Part shown: positions 10,986-24,150 of the stretch, piece after piece | Layout: every line of letters begins with the position of its first letter | Numbering within the stretch: position 1 is the stretch's first letter | NCBI GenBank assembly: GCA_030390025.1 | Contig: CM059431.1 | Location: forward strand, 119,228,001-119,292,000 | Origin: Squalus acanthias | Taxonomy: Eukaryota | DNA: 64,000 bases | Direction: 5' to 3' | Notes under the pieces: model-generated | The model's database searches: none | Seen by the model: only the letters and a program-made list of their open reading frames with translations | Told to the model about the DNA's origin: nothing | Translations under genes and position numbers: made by a program

Positions 10986-13900
10986 CTTGTCAGTGTTTGC
11001 AGCACCTCAATGCTGTAGAACACTGACAGCACAAATGTCCAAATCAATTTGTGCATGGTCCCTTTAAGGAAAGCAGCTGATGACGTGTCATCAAATGGCG
11101 TCATCAGACCTGCTTCCTTCAATTGGCCGGCAAATGCGCTGGACGGGCTTAACAAGCCCAAGCAGGGGAAAATCATTTTGGACAGCAGGTTGGAGCCAGC
11201 AGCGAGGCCGGGACCCACCACTTACGTCGCCCACCACAGACCCTCCGAGCTTGGTAAAATCCAGCCCAACATTTCAGGTCGATGACCATTCCTCAGAACT
11301 AGAAGATATTAGAGATGTACATTATTTCAGCAAATATGGAGCTAGGGAAAATTGAGGGAAGCAAAAGGACAAAGGGGAATGTCTGTGATAGGGTGGAGGG
11401 CAGGAGTGATTAAATGGCAAAAGTTATAATGGTGCAAGGCAAAAGAGAGTGATAATGGGAGAGGTAAAGAAACAAAAGATGGGTCCCGAGAAGGTGTACA
11501 TGGTTACAGAAGAATAGCAGAGTGGTAGGGAAGCAGTAAAAATCTGGCAAAGAGGAGAAAGCTCCCATTGGCCTGAGAAGCTCATATCATGTTTGGCAAT
11601 AAAACGTTAAGCCAATAAGGAGGAGATATTTAAATGTCGAAATTGCATGATGTGTATCTTGAAAATCTGGGAATGGAGAGATGTACTAATGGGGCTGTAC
11701 CTGGAACTGCTGAGTTTCCGCCTCTTTTGAACTGGACAGGAAATCTCAAGCCGATGGAGGGGAGGCAGATGCTTCCACTGCTCGCTCCCTTACATCTCAG
11801 CACTAGATGACCGCGTGAAAGTTTTCATGGGCTACAATGGTTGTCCCAGTGGATACACCCCGAATGCAAGTGGGCCCAAGCACTGAGAAATTAAACGTTC
11901 ATCGATTTTCAGAGCGATCGATTATTTTTCAATTTGAGACCTGCATTGAAGCATACTAAAACTTTTAAACTGTCTCTACAATTTGGCCTGATATGCCTTT
12001 TGTGCTGATCTTCAGAGCTCCAATATTCCGATGAACCAATAGCGAGGATGTCCTGTTGTGCTATGACAGGCATGGGCACTCATCCCCATTATTTAAATTA
12101 TCCTATCCCCGGGATTTGGGTCAGGGTCACAGCCAGATCAGAGTGGCTAGTAGAAGTTCCACCCGACTAAACCTCTGGTGGCCCCACACACGTTTTATGC
12201 TTCATTCTTGAATTCTGGTGATAAAATTTAAAGCCTTAAGGTTTAATTCTAATCACCTAATAGAAATGTAGGGTTATTTAATGTCCTTCAATGACTAGTC
12301 TTGAATTGATGAATACCCTACAGGGCACCAGCAAGGAAAATTAATAAGCACCTGCCATTTCTATGCAGTAATTTTTTTTTAATTCAAGTTTTATGATCCA
12401 CCGATGCCAGGGATGTCACTGAACGGCTGCAGGACATTCTGAGGGGTGTAGGGAGAACAGCCAGAGGTCATGATCCATATCGGTATCAATGACATAGGTA
12501 GAAAGAGGGATGAGGCCCTACAGGCAGATTTCAGGGAGCTAGGAAAGAAATTAGAAAGCAGGACTGCAATGGTAGTAATCTCCAGATTACTCCCGGTGCC
12601 ACGAGCTAGCGAGTATAGAAATAGAAGGATAGAGCAGATAAATGCGTGGCTGGAGAGATGGTGCAAGAGGGAGGGCTTTAGATTCCTGGGACATTGGGAC
12701 CAGTTCTGGGCGATGTAGGACCTGTACAGGCCGAACGGGTTGCACCTCCACAGAGCCAGGGCCAATATGCTCGTGTCGGGGTGTGGTGGGGGGCGGGGGG
12801 GGGGAGCTTTGCTAGTGCTGTTGAGGAGGGTTTAAATTTATTTGGCAGAGGGTTGGGCACCAGGATGTAGCATTAGAAAGGCAAAACAAGGTGCACAAAG
12901 GATTGGGAGAGACAGATGGCAATAAAATAAGAAATACTACGGTGTTAGGTGGGGTCAGACTAAGAGAGAATACAAGAAAGTCTAAGATATGTTTGCAGTG
13001 CATGTGTGTAAATGCACGAAGCGTGGTAAATAAGGTTGGTGAGCTGCAGGCACAAATAGTCACATGGGAATATGGTGTTGTGGCAATAACAGAGACCTGG
13101 CTCAAAAAAGGGCAGGATTGGGTATTAAATATTCCTGGATATAAGGTGTTCAGGAAAGATAGGGAAGGAAGAAAGAAGGTGGGGTAGCAGTATTGGTTAA
13201 GGAAAATATTACAGTGCTGGAGAGAGAGGATGTCCTGGAGGGGTCGAGGACAGAATCTATTTGGTTAGAGTAAAGAAACAATAGAGGTGCCATTACACTT
13301 CTAGGTATATTCTATAGGCCAACAAGTACTGGGAAGGATATAGAGGAGCAAATTTGCAGGGAAATTACAGAGAGGTGCAGGAGTAATTATCCTAATATAG
13401 ACTGGGATAGTAATAGTGTAAAGAGCAGAGAGGGGGAAGAGTTTCTGAAGTGTGTTCAGGAGAACTTTCTTGATCAATATGTTTCCGGCCCAACGAGGAA
13501 GTAGGCATTGCTGGATCTGGTTCTGGGGAATGGTGTGGGTGAAGTGGAGCAAGTGTCAGTAGGGGAACATTTAGGGAACAGTGATCATAGTATCATAAGG
13601 TTTAGATTAGCTCTGGAAAAGTACAGGGAGCAATCTGGAGTAAAAATACTTAATTGGAGGAAGGCCAATTTCAGTGAGTTGAGAATGGATCTGACCCGGG
13701 TAAATTAGAATCAAATTTGGCAGGCAAAACTGTAATTGCATTTAAAGAGGAGATGATTCGGGTACAGTCAAGATACATTCCCACGAGGGGAAAAGGTAGG
13801 GCAAGCAAAGTCAGAGCTCCCTGGATGTCGAAAGAGAGTAAAATGAAGCAGAAAAAAGGGGTGTATGACAGATGTCAGGTTTAGAATACAAGTGAGAACC

Positions 13901-15106
13901 AGGCTGAATATAGAAAGTTCAGAGGGGAAGTGAGAAAGGAAATAAGATGGGTAAAGAGAGTATGAGAATAGATTGGCAGCTAAAATAAAAGGTAATCCAA
14001 AAGTCTTCTATATGCATATAAATAGTAAACGGGTAGTAAGAGGAGGGGTGGGACCAAGTAGGGACCAAAAAGGAGAACTACGCATGGACACAGAGGGCAT
14101 GGCTGAGGTACTAAATGGATACTTTGCATCTGTCTTTAACAAGGAAGAAGATGCTGCCAAACTCATAGTGAAAGAGGAGGTAGTTGAAATAACGCATGGG
14201 ATAAAAATTGATAAAGAGGAAGTACTAGAAAGGTTGGCTGTACTTAAAGTAGATAAGTCACCAGGACCAGATAGGATGCATCCTAAGATGCTAAGGGAAA
14301 TAAAGGTGGAAATTGCGGAGGTACTGGCCATAATTTTCCAATCCTCCTTAGATACAGGGGTGGTGCCAGAGGACTGGAGAATTGCAAGTGTTCAAAAAAG
14401 GGTGTAAGGATTAAACCCAGCAACTACAGGCCAGTCTGTTTAACCTCAGTAGTGGGGAAGCTTTTAAAAATGATAAACCGGGCCAAAATTAACAGTCACT
14501 TGGGCAAGTGTGGATTAATTAAGGAAAGCCAGCACGGATTTGTTAACGGCAAATCGTGTTTAACTTACTTGATTGAGTTTTTTGAGGTAACAGAGAGGGA
14601 TGATGAGAGCAATACGGTTGATGTGGTGTACATGGACTTCCAAAAGGCCAGATAATATGTTTGTCAGCAAAGTTGAAACCCATGGAATAAAAGGGACAGT
14701 GGCAGCATGGATACGAAATTGGCTAAGTGACAGGAAACAGAGAGTAGTGGTGAATGGTTGTTTTTCGGACTGGAGGAAGATACACAGTGGTGTTCCCCAG
14801 GGGTCGCGACAAGGACCATTACTTTTCTTGATATATATCAATGACTTGGACTTGGGAGTACAGGGCACAATTTCAAAATTTGCAGATGACACAAAACTTG
14901 GAAGTATAGTGAAAAGTGAGGAGGACAGTGATAGATTTCAAGAGGACATAGACAGGCTGGTGGAATGGGCGGACACGTGGCAGATGAAATTTAACGCAGA
15001 AAAGTGTGAAGTGATACATTTTGGTAGGAAGAACAAGGAGAGGCAATATAAACTAAAGGATACAATTCTGAAGGGAGTGCAGGAACAGAGAGACCTGGGG
15101 GTATAT

Positions 15107-16794
15107 GTGCAAGAAATTCAAAGACCTCAGTCGGGTGGTCAAGGTAAGTACATGCTTCAATAGCTCCTACATTCCAGCATCTGAACCTCAGTCTGCGCAC
15201 ACTGCGCAAACAACCACAGCCCCACCACTCACCCACCAAACATCTTCACCTACTCAAACTCACATCCACATCTCACACCTTGCCTACAATCCCAGCTATT
15301 CAACGACAGCAGCAATATCTCCCAAACTCATAGCTGGACTCTGACTCAAATACATTTGTTTCTCTTGCAGGCCCACAATAGGAGGGAGCAGCAGAGAACA
15401 GGCGGGGGTGATGCGCAGCTCCAGCAGCTCTCAGACCTTGAGGAGCGAGTGCTGTGACTCATTGGGCAGCAGGTGGTGGGCGCCGTGGCCGCTGGCGATG
15501 TCGAACCCGTTGAGGGCAAACACGGTATCTTCAGCCCCTCTCCTTCTCTCATCCCACTTCCCCCTCACACCACAAACCTTTCTCACTTTCCACCTCCTGA
15601 GAATGTCTGCATTCCTTGCTCCATTCCTGCCCCACTGCCCTCACTTCAACGCAAGTGTTGTGCATTTATGCTTTCAGATAATCGGCAACCAGATGACCAG
15701 CCTAACCCTGAGCCCCCCACTGAGAGTGAGGAACGAGAAGAGGAGGAGGAGCAAAGCACCGCATCACTGCATCTCTCACTCACAGGTCCACCTCAGATAC
15801 TGGCACTACGCGATCTTTAGAGGCAAGTTTTGTAGAGGGCTCTGCACTGGGTGATGCACTGGGGACGAGTGGGCTGCAGCAAGGCCAGGGGGAAAGGGTA
15901 GCTTGGGAGCCAGAATCCCTGGAGGGCGAGTTCGCACGCGAGTTCTGCTGCACAGGACTCAGATGAGGACCTCGATGGGGAGGCATTCACAAGAAGGGTG
16001 ATGGCCATGCACACCGAGATGTTAGATGCAATGGCAAGGGTGCCCGAGAGCCTCTCAGCAATGGTAAGGAGCGTGGAGGAGTCCGCCTCCAATATTGCAC
16101 AGAGCTCTGCGTACACCATGGAGCGCATCATTTCCACTGTGCAGAGGATAGTGGACTCCCAGAGAGACCATGCAGATCCAGACCTCATGACGCGTGTCAT
16201 GGGCAATGTGGCAGCTTCCATTGCAGCACAGGCGGAAGCCACGCAACATCTTTGTGCTGTAATGCAGTCAGTGGTTGCTGCCATTGAGTCTCAGACTGCT
16301 CTCATGCAGTCTCAGCTTGATGCCACGCAAGCTCTGACTGCTGCTATCGTCGCTGGGTCCACACAGTCCACCAGGGATCTCACAGTTTTGCAGCAGGTCA
16401 GCAAGCTGTGCCCCAGCAGATTAGTAGTGATGCTGAAGTGCTGCCCTGGGGGAGTGGGAGTGGGTCAGTGGAGCAGGAACCTGCTGTCCTCTCTCAGGAT
16501 GACAGCATTCCTGATCTCACCACTGCCACACTGCCATTGCACTTGTTGCTGCCTGTCATCCAGCCAGCCCAGACTGCCGCTGCCCAGCCTGAAGTGGTGC
16601 AGTCTACAGCCGGGCCTTCCAGGCACAGAGCTGGTCGAGGGCGTCCTGCAAATCCATCTGTAGTCTCCCACACGGACACTCAGCAGCCTTCCACCAGCCC
16701 TGCTGCAGCCACTGGGGAGACACTACATAGGAGCACTAGATTAGTAAAAGGCACTGTAAAGAGGGGAGGCAAGGGTTTGCACAAGGGTGATTAG
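15107..16794 (+). pseudogene. Harbinger Myb/SANT partner gene (exon 1 end to 15143, exon 2 15371-15524, exon 3 15678-16794)
   Basis: KKFKDLSRVVK|gtaagt; ttgcag|AHNRREQQRTGGG; ctttcag|exon 3 with helical MHTEMLDAMARVPESL. Contains frameshifts and stops. Confidence 0.8.
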
Positions 16795-16959
16795 TCAATA
16801 TTGTTGTTGTATATATGTGGTTAATGGTTTTTGATAAATTTATTACTGGAATGTTGCACATTTGGTGCTGTGTCTCATTTCAGTTCCGGGGTGTGGTATG
16901 GAATCACAAAGTGATGGAATGATGGCGACGTGCTCAGCAAACAGAACGAAGACTCGAAG

Positions 16960-18161
16960 TCACTGGAAACGAAGTCTGATGAGACGGTCACGGACCGACC
17001 TTGCAGAACACTGACTGAGTGGCTGCCTCCTCCGTCACTAATATTCGTCCTCCTGTTCCTTCTGCTCCTCTTCTTCCTCCTCCTCCTCGTCCTCGTCCTC
17101 ATCCTTGTCCTCATTCTCCTCCTCCTCCTGAGGTGGTGGAGTTATGCCTGGTAGCAATGGCTGCGCCCTCATAATGGCCAAGTCGAGCAGCATGCAGCAG
17201 ATGACGACGAAAAGTGACATCTGCTCAACCGAGTACTGGGGGGCTCCTTCCGAGTGACCAAGGCAGCGGAACCATTGCTTGAGCACTCTGATAGTCTGCT
17301 CAATGATGTTCCTGATGGCAGCTTGGCTCTCATTATATGATTGCTGGCCAGGAGTGTTGGGGTTGCAGAAGGGGGTCATGAGCCAGGTGGAGAGCAGACA
17401 GCCCTTGTCTCCCAGCAGCCAGCCACGAGCTTGATCTGGTGGCTGGAATAGATCTGGCACACCAATCTGGCACAGGATGATGGCATCGTGGCTGCTGCCA
17501 GGATAGTGGGCATTGACGGTCAGGATTCGCCGTGTGTGGTCGCACACAACTGCACATTAAGTGAGTGGTAGCCTTTGTGGCTACAGAATACCTCAGGATT
17601 GTTATGAAGTGCCCGCAAAACGACGTGGGTGCAGTCAATGGCGCCCTGCACCATGGGGAAGCCCGCTATCCTGGCAAAGCCACATTCACGCTTGCACTGC
17701 TTCTCTCTGGTCATGGGGGTGTTAATGTAGTCCCTTCTCCTTCTGTACAGAGCATCTGTGACCTGGAGGATGGAACAATGGACGGCAAACTGGGAGATGT
17801 TGGAGATGTTGCCTGTCACACACTGGAATGATCCGCTGGCATAGAAATTGAGGGCGACGGTGACCTTGACTGCCACTGAGAGAGCCGTGGTGGTCCTGAT
17901 CTCAGGCTCGAGGTCTGGCTGCAGGAGGTGGCAGAGCTGTGTGGCCACGTCCTTGCTGAAGCGGAGCCTTCTAACACACTGGTCCTCAGTAAAATTCATG
18001 TAGGAGAACTGCTGCTGGAATACCCTGGGTGGGTAAGGCCTCCTGTTGAGCGCCCTGTTGGCCCTCCCACCTCTGGCCACATTTTGCACTCATTCTCTGT
18101 GCCTCAGTTGCCTCTGACGTTGACGTTGGAGAGCGAGGTCCAGTGCCAGTACAGCCTCCAT
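16960..18161 (-). pseudogene. Harbinger/PIF DDE transposase (HARBI1-like), frameshifted
   Basis: [77 protein letters not shown], acidic tail, then ARSVRDRLIRLRFQ*. Confidence 0.93.
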
Positions 18162-19274
18162 GAAAGGATACAAATATTGCACTTTCAAATCTCCCCTCAA
18201 TGAAACTGAAGAATCTTTATGTACCAGAACACTCGTTAAAATGCAGAACGCTCAAATCGGTCAAAAGGCCCCTTTGCCTGTGTGAAATTAACAACGCAGC
18301 ATTATTGGCCGACAAAAACTAAACCGGATGTGGACGCCTTTAAATGGCGCTCCTCCAGCGGACATCGACTGAAAGCCGCCTCCTCTACCTGTCGTTGTTA
18401 ACGGCAGGCGCAAAAGCAGGGGGGCTAGAGGGAATTTTTCATCCGGGGCGCAACTGGGGCGCTGCGCATGGCAATGACATCATGAGAACCGGGTGCAGGG
18501 GATCGGGGCGCAACGTCTTATCGCTGCCACAAAACTCCCGCCGAATTCACCGGGAGGCGTTGATATTGCCGTGCACGGTCGCAAACCCATTTGCGCCCCG
18601 TTAGCACCCCCAGAGGCGTTAACGGGATTATGCAAAGGAGCCCAATTTCTATCCCATTGAGTACAAAGCATGGAAGTTATGATGAACCTTTATAAAACAC
18701 TGGTTCGGCCTCAACTGGACTATTGTGTCCAATTCTGTGCATCACGCTTTAAGAAGGATGTGAAGGCCTCAGAGAGGGTGCAGTAAAGATTCACAAGAAT
18801 GGTTCCAGGGATGAGGGACTTCAGGTACGTGGATAGACTGGAGAAGCTGGGGTTGTTCTCCTAAGAGCAGAGAAGGTTGAGAGGAGATTTGATAGAGGTG
18901 TTCAAAATCATGAGGGGTCTAGACAGAGTAGATAGAGAGAAACTGTTCCTATTGTTGGAAGGGTCGAGAACCAGAGGACACAGATTTAAGGTGATTGGCT
19001 GCAGAACCAAAGGGAACATGAGGGGAAACTTTTTTACACAGCGAATGGTTAGGATCTGGAATGCAATGCCAGAGAGGGTGGTGGAGGTAGATTCAATCGT
19101 GGCTTTCAAAAGTGAATTGGATAAGTACCTGAAGGAAAAATAATTGCTACGGGGAAAGGGTGGGGGAGTGGGACTAGCTGAAGTGCTCTTGCAGGGAGCT
19201 GGCACGGGCTCGACGGGCTGAATGGCCTCCTTCTGTGCTGTAAGCATTCTATGATGCTCTGATTTTAATACTGC

Positions 19275-19495
19275 TGCACTTTTTCGAATAATGTCATAGG
19301 ATCTTTTACATCCACCTCAGAGAGTAGACTTGGTTTAGCATCGTATCCAAAAAATGGCATGGCTGACATTGCAGCACTCCCTCAGTACTGCACTGGAGTG
19401 CTGGCCTAGATTATGTGTTCAAGCCTGTGGACTAGGGCTTGAACACATGATCTTCTGAGTCAGTGGTAAGAGTGCTACCACTGAGTCAAGTCTGA
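19275..19495 (-). mobile_element. Deu-domain tRNA-derived SINE fragment (SacSINE1-like)
   Basis: The reverse strand reads ...tctaggccagcactccagtgcagtactgagggagtgctgca...ggtggatgtaaaagatcc. A related piece lies at 38280-38445. Confidence 0.6.
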
Positions 19496-19789
19496 CAGCT
19501 AAAGTGAATGCCTAAAGCTAATACTTGCTTTAGTGAAAATCTGAGGACTAAACTTTAATTGTCTTGTCCATAATAACATGTATGCTGTCTACACTCTGAT
19601 CAAATCTCTGATTTCCAATGTTTAAATCTGTTTATTGCAGTTCAGCTGTAGAAAGCATTCAGTTCCTGGACTCCAATTCAGTACCATTAGAGGCAATTAT
19701 CAATTATGTTTCTGCTTCCCATAGCACTATTTGAAAAAGAGCAGCAGTGTTCTCCTGGTATCCTATTTAATATTTATCTCTTAACCAAC

Positions 19790-20820
19790 ACCCTGGCCAC
19801 AGTCCGAGGCTGAACCAGACTGTTTGCAACCTCGGTGTCCTATTAACCCTGAGCTGAGCTTCTGATCCCATACCCTCTCCATCACCAAGACTACCTACTT
19901 CCACCTAGTAATATCGCCTGTCTCCGCCCCTGCCTCAGCCTATCTGCTGCTGGAACCCTCATTCATGCTTTTGTTACCTCCAGACTCAACTATTCCAATG
20001 TTCTACTAGCCGGCCTCCCACCTACCACTCTCCATTAACTTCAGCTCATGCAAAACTCTGCATGCCGGTATCCTAACTCGCTCTTATCAACCCTGTGTCG
20101 CTGACCTTCACTGACCCCTGGTCCCACAACATCTCAAATCTAAAATTCTCATCCTTGTTTATTTTTAATTCATTCATGGGATGTGGGCATCGCTGGCAAA
20201 GCCAGCATTGATTGCACATCCCCCTAATTTCCCTTGAGAAGCTGGTGGTGAGCCACCAGGATGGTGTGTGACTTGGACGGGAACATGCAGGCGATGGTGT
20301 TCCCATGCGCCTGCTGCCCATGTCCTTCTAGGTGGTAGAGGTCGCGGGTTTGAGAGGTGCTGTCGAAGAAGCCTTGGCTGCAGTGCATCGTGTAGATGGT
20401 ACACACTTCAGCCAAGGTGCGCCGGTGGTGGAGGGAGTGAATGTTAAAGGTGGTGGATGGGGTGCCAATCAATTGTGTTAAAATCCCTGCCCCTCCATAT
20501 CTCTGTAACCTCCTCCAGCCCTATAACCGCTCCCTCCCCCCACCCCCGAGATCTCTGCACTCCTCCAATTCTGTGCATCCCTGATTTCCTTTGCCCAACC
20601 ATTAGTGACCGTGCTTTCAGCTCCCTAGGCCCTAAGTTGTGGAATTGCCCCCCTAAACCTCTCCACCTCACTCCGTTCCTTTAAGGCACTCGCTTGACCT
20701 ACCTCTTTGACCAAGCTCTCTTTATGTGGCACCGTGTCAAATTTTGCTCCTGTGAAGCGCCTTGGGATGTTTTACTATGTTAAAGATGCTACAGAAATGC
20801 AAGATGTTGTTATTGTAAGT
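19790..20820 (+). mobile_element. L2 LINE 3' fragment with nested reverse CR1/L2-group LINE piece (20160-20472)
   Basis: L2-type LIHAFVTSRLNYSN coding sequence at ~19955-20000 and tail ctcctgtgaagcgccttgggatgttttactatgttaaag. The nested piece translates IGTPSTTFNIHSLHHRR. Confidence 0.75.
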
Positions 20821-20920
20821 AATGTTTTTATTCTGACTAATTTTTAGGGATGTGTGTTTAGACCGAGGGCCCACTGACAAGCATAGTGATGTATGTTCAG
20901 ATCCAATGGCCCGTTTTTTT

Positions 20921-21097
20921 GTCATTCTGCAGAGGCTTCAATTTTCCTTTATTGTAGAGCATTTCTTTCTTTTTGTCTCCTGTGTCAACAAAGAACCGGC
21001 TGTCATCTGTCTTTTCAGACACAAGACGACCCACCGTCCTTTCCTGCCGCCGCACATCTTCCGGAAGCTCTTCCACTTTGGTAACATTGCTGTGTGT
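20921..21097 (-). pseudogene. NOP53: Intronless fragment of NOP53/GLTSCR2 (ribosome biogenesis protein), N-terminal region
   Basis: The minus frame reads THSNVTKVEELPEDVRRQERTVGRLVSEKTDDSRFFVDTGDKKKEMLYNKGKLKPLQND. This matches the conserved NOP53 motif FLEDVRLQER..GG..SE....LFFVDTG...KPL. An A7 run follows. Confidence 0.75.
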
Positions 21098-21500
21098 TTT
21101 TTTTTAAAACAATGAATTCCAAACTATCTTTTTTAATTAGAATTTTGTTCCTCTTATATACGATGCCATCAGTCCCTCTGGTGCCCACCGGTCGCAGAAA
21201 TCCTTAAGCGTACCGGAGGACACCCCGTTGTGCTCCCTCTCCAGGGACCCCCCAGACATGGACATAGAATCGTAGAATGGCTACAGCACAGAAGGAGGCC
21301 ATTCGGCCCGTCGAGCCCGTGCCGGGCTCGTTGGCATAGCCGTGGAAGAGAGGCAGGCAGCTCCATCGATCGTGTTCCACCTGGATCTGTTAATGGCCAC
21401 CTTGGCTACGCCCAGACCTACAAGGAGGTCCTCTGACCTGCCTGCTCCCCTCCGCCATGGGTGGCCAAAGATCGGGAGCGTGGGACTGAAGTGCAGCCAG
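21098..21500 (-). mobile_element. 3' end of an L1-Tx1 LINE with poly(A), containing a small CR1 tail insert (~21264-21328)
   Basis: LHFSPTLPIFGHPWRRGAGRSEDLLVGL.VAKVAINRSR, then ...SGTLKDFCDRWAPEGL, typical of a Tx1-clade ORF2 C-terminus. A-run at 21097-21105. Confidence 0.65.
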
Positions 21501-22956
21501 TAAGTAATGGTTTCACCTCGACTCCACGAACACACTGTTCAACTTTGCTCCCTGGCAGAATAGATCTTTTGCCCATTGTAGAATCCGCTTGATTTCTGTT
21601 CCATTGAAAATCGGTCAGGTTCTATAAAGAGCAGGCCACTCAATCTGACCGGTAACTGCCCAGGTGATGAAACTGAAAACTATCCTTAATGACGCTAAAG
21701 ATTATGGTAATGGCTTTTATAGTACCTGACTCACTAGAAATTGCTTTTATTCTGAGATAGCTCAGAGCTTTTGATCAGTTTGACTCATGGATCATTTTAT
21801 TTTTCAATTGTCTGTGTCATAATCAGGTCAGACAATAATAAGTATTGCCAAAGACTTTATGAACTTTCATGCTTTGTAGAAGACGAGAATATAGACATTG
21901 ATCTTTATTTTACTCATACAGCAACAGCCACCTGCTTTATGACTTCATATTTAAGTAAAATTACTGATAACTAAATGAAAGCTAGCTAATTGAATTCATG
22001 CTCAGTCAAAAATGCTTCAAAAATTGCATAATAATTATAACTAATAGTAGGAATACTTAACATTGCCATGATATTCTTTTATTTCCAGCTTATTTGATTT
22101 AGTCAGATGTTAATCAACATCATGTCAGTGCAGACTCACTTCATTAAATTTCAAACAAACAGCCCTGAAGATATTTTTAAGTCAGTTTTATGTCTGAACT
22201 ATAACCTGCCTATCTTTTTTCTTCTTTTTTTAATCATAGTGTCACCACTGTCATAGAAACCAGTCACTTCCTGATCTGCAATTGATATTTTTATAGTCCT
22301 CTGATATTAACTTTAATTTGAAAGAACATGTTTGCTGTGGTTTTAGAGCTACAGTAATATGATAAGGTATGATGAAAGCAGTTCACCATGACAGACCTGA
22401 CAGGTCTGAACATCAGAACTCATTTATTGGGAAGAAAAGGCAATGGGGGGAAAATTTGGTTGCTTTGCGCCTCCCGTTAGCACCCTAAGAGGGCACTAAT
22501 GGGGCGCAAAGCAACTAGCGCCCGGGCGCGGCGATGTTTGCGCCGTTCGTGAAATTGACCAGAGTTTTTGCGGCAGCGCTAAACTCTACCACCATGATCT
22601 CCTGCGCCTGCAGATCGTGACGTCAGTCGAGCGTGCAACGCACTGGTGGCGCCCCGGACCGGTTATTGAGTGGCGCACCCTTCCTTTCCGCCTGCCACAA
22701 GCAACGACAGGGCGAGTGGAACATTTTGCAGTCGGAAAGGAACTGGGGGAGCGCTATTTAAAGGCACCCTCTTCCTGCCTTTTTTTGTGGGAGACATTTT
22801 TGCACCACACATTCTGATAGAGAGAGAGAGATTCTGAGAGAGAGCGAGAGAGACTTCTGCAGAGATTCAACGCTGTGTGAAGTAGTTTTGGCTACTGAGC
22901 AGCACTTTGCAGGTTCTTTTGGATTTGACCTTCATTACTTCGATTGTCAAGAGACT

Positions 22957-24086
22957 GTGGGGGTTGCACTGATTCGGGGCATCGTCCTGCGCCTGCAGAA
23001 TCAGAGGCATCAGAGACGCAGAGAGAGAGTGGCAATCATGGCCTGAGAAAGGAGGGCCAACAGGCCTGTGCACAGGAGACCTTACCATCCCAGGGTATTC
23101 CGGGAACAATTCTCCTACATTAAATTGTCTGAGGAGCAGTGTTTGCGCAGGCTGCGCTTCAGCAAGGAGGTGGTCACTGAGCTCTGCCACCTGCTGCAAC
23201 CAGATCTGCAGCCTCAACTGAGGACCAGGACGTCTCTGTCGGTGGCAGTGAAGGTTACAGTGGCTCTGAATTTTTATGCCACCGGCTCCTTTCAAGCAGC
23301 TACTGGGGACATCGCCAATATTTCCCAGAGGTGACAAATGCCCTCTATAAAAGGAGATGCCAGTACACCTCTTTCCCGATGACCCGGGTCAAACAGTATA
23401 AACGCGCATTGGGCTTTGCGAGGATAGCGGGCTTCCCCATGGTGCAGGGCGCCATTGACTGCACGCATGTGGCATTGCGGGCACCGCAGAGAATGCAGAG
23501 GTTTTCCAAAACCGCAAGGGGTTCCACTCCTTAAATGTGCAGTTGGTCTGTAACCACAGACAACTGATACTCGTCGTCAATGCCTGCTATCCTGGCAGCA
23601 GCCACGATGCTTTCATCCTGTGCCAGACTGGTGTGCCAGACCTTTCCAGGCACCGCATCAGCCAAGTGGTTGGCTCCTCGGTGACAAGGGTTATCCACTC
23701 TGCACCTGGCTGATGACTCCACTCCGTAACCCCAACACCCCTGCCGAACTGCGTTACAATGAGACCATATTGCTACCAGGAACATAATTGAGCAAACGAT
23801 CGGCGTGCTCAAGCAACGGTTCCGGTGTCTGGACCACTCAGGAGGAGCACTGCAGTACTCTCCTGAGCGAGTCTCCCTCTTCATAGTTGTTTGCTGCATT
23901 CTTCATAACCTTGCAATCCTCAGGACCCAGCCAATGCCACCAGGGATTGGTGCACCACCAGAGGAGGAGGAGGAAGATGAGGAGGAAGAGGAGGATGATC
24001 AGCAACAGCACCAAGGCGGGAGGGAGGCCCACAATGTTGAAACTGCAAGGGCCGTCCGTCAACGGCTGTTAACAAGCCGCTTCTAG
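22957..24086 (+). pseudogene. Harbinger DDE transposase, frameshifted
   Basis: [63 protein letters not shown], acidic tract, ARAVRQRLLTSRF*. Small deletion near 23329. Confidence 0.93.
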
Positions 24087-24150
24087 GCCCCTCCTCAGAA
24101 GATGGCTTCTGGCATGGGGAACATGGAGAACAACATGATGGAAAGCAACC

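Larger units (their letters stand above)
7877..11267 (+). mobile_element. Internally deleted Harbinger element A (transposase remnants on +, Myb/SANT remnant on -), hosting a solo LTR
   Basis: Imperfect TIRs ggggggaatttt...aaaatccagccc. Transposase-like C-terminus ARDARDGLTMARF at ~8596-8634. Myb/SANT remnant at 10768-10985. No clear TSD. Confidence 0.65.
7782..11520 (-). mobile_element. Penelope-type pLTR fragment (7782-7876 and 11268-~11520) split by a Harbinger insertion
   Basis: gcagatgctggaaatctgaaataaaaacagaaaatgctgg...gagagaaaca resumes after 11267 as aacatttcaggtcgatgacc...cagaact. The uninterrupted reverse-complement form occurs at 47213-47310. Confidence 0.6.
15107..18655 (-). mobile_element. 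Harbinger element B (Myb end truncated)
   Basis: TIR aatttctatccc at 18644-18655. Transposase on - and Myb/SANT exons on +. The left junction with CR1 at gtgca suggests a deletion. Confidence 0.88.
12395..19265 (+). mobile_element. CR1 LINE (ORF1 SGNH esterase, ORF2 APE endonuclease + RT), degraded, interrupted by Harbinger B at 15107-18655
   Basis: ORF1 IHIGINDIGRK...FRFLGHW. Endonuclease CVNARSVVNK...VAITETW. RT KSPGPDRMHP, GVPQGS..GPLLFLIYINDL, KFADDTK, WQMKFNAEKC. C-terminus LRGDLIEVFKI...FFTQRMVRIWN at 18877-19143. Confidence 0.93.

Noticed and set aside
16875..17154. Arg-rich and Leu-rich ORFs (also 29940-30274)
   Set aside because: Alternative frames of GAG/GAA-rich acidic transposase tails.
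16960..18161. Domesticated HARBI1 or NAIF1 host genes
   Set aside because: Multiple disrupted copies lie within TIR-bounded elements, so these are transposon genes.
20848..21436. Plus-strand host exons suggested by AG/GT sites and short ORFs
   Set aside because: Better explained by the minus-strand NOP53 fragment, the Tx1 3' end and a CR1 tail.
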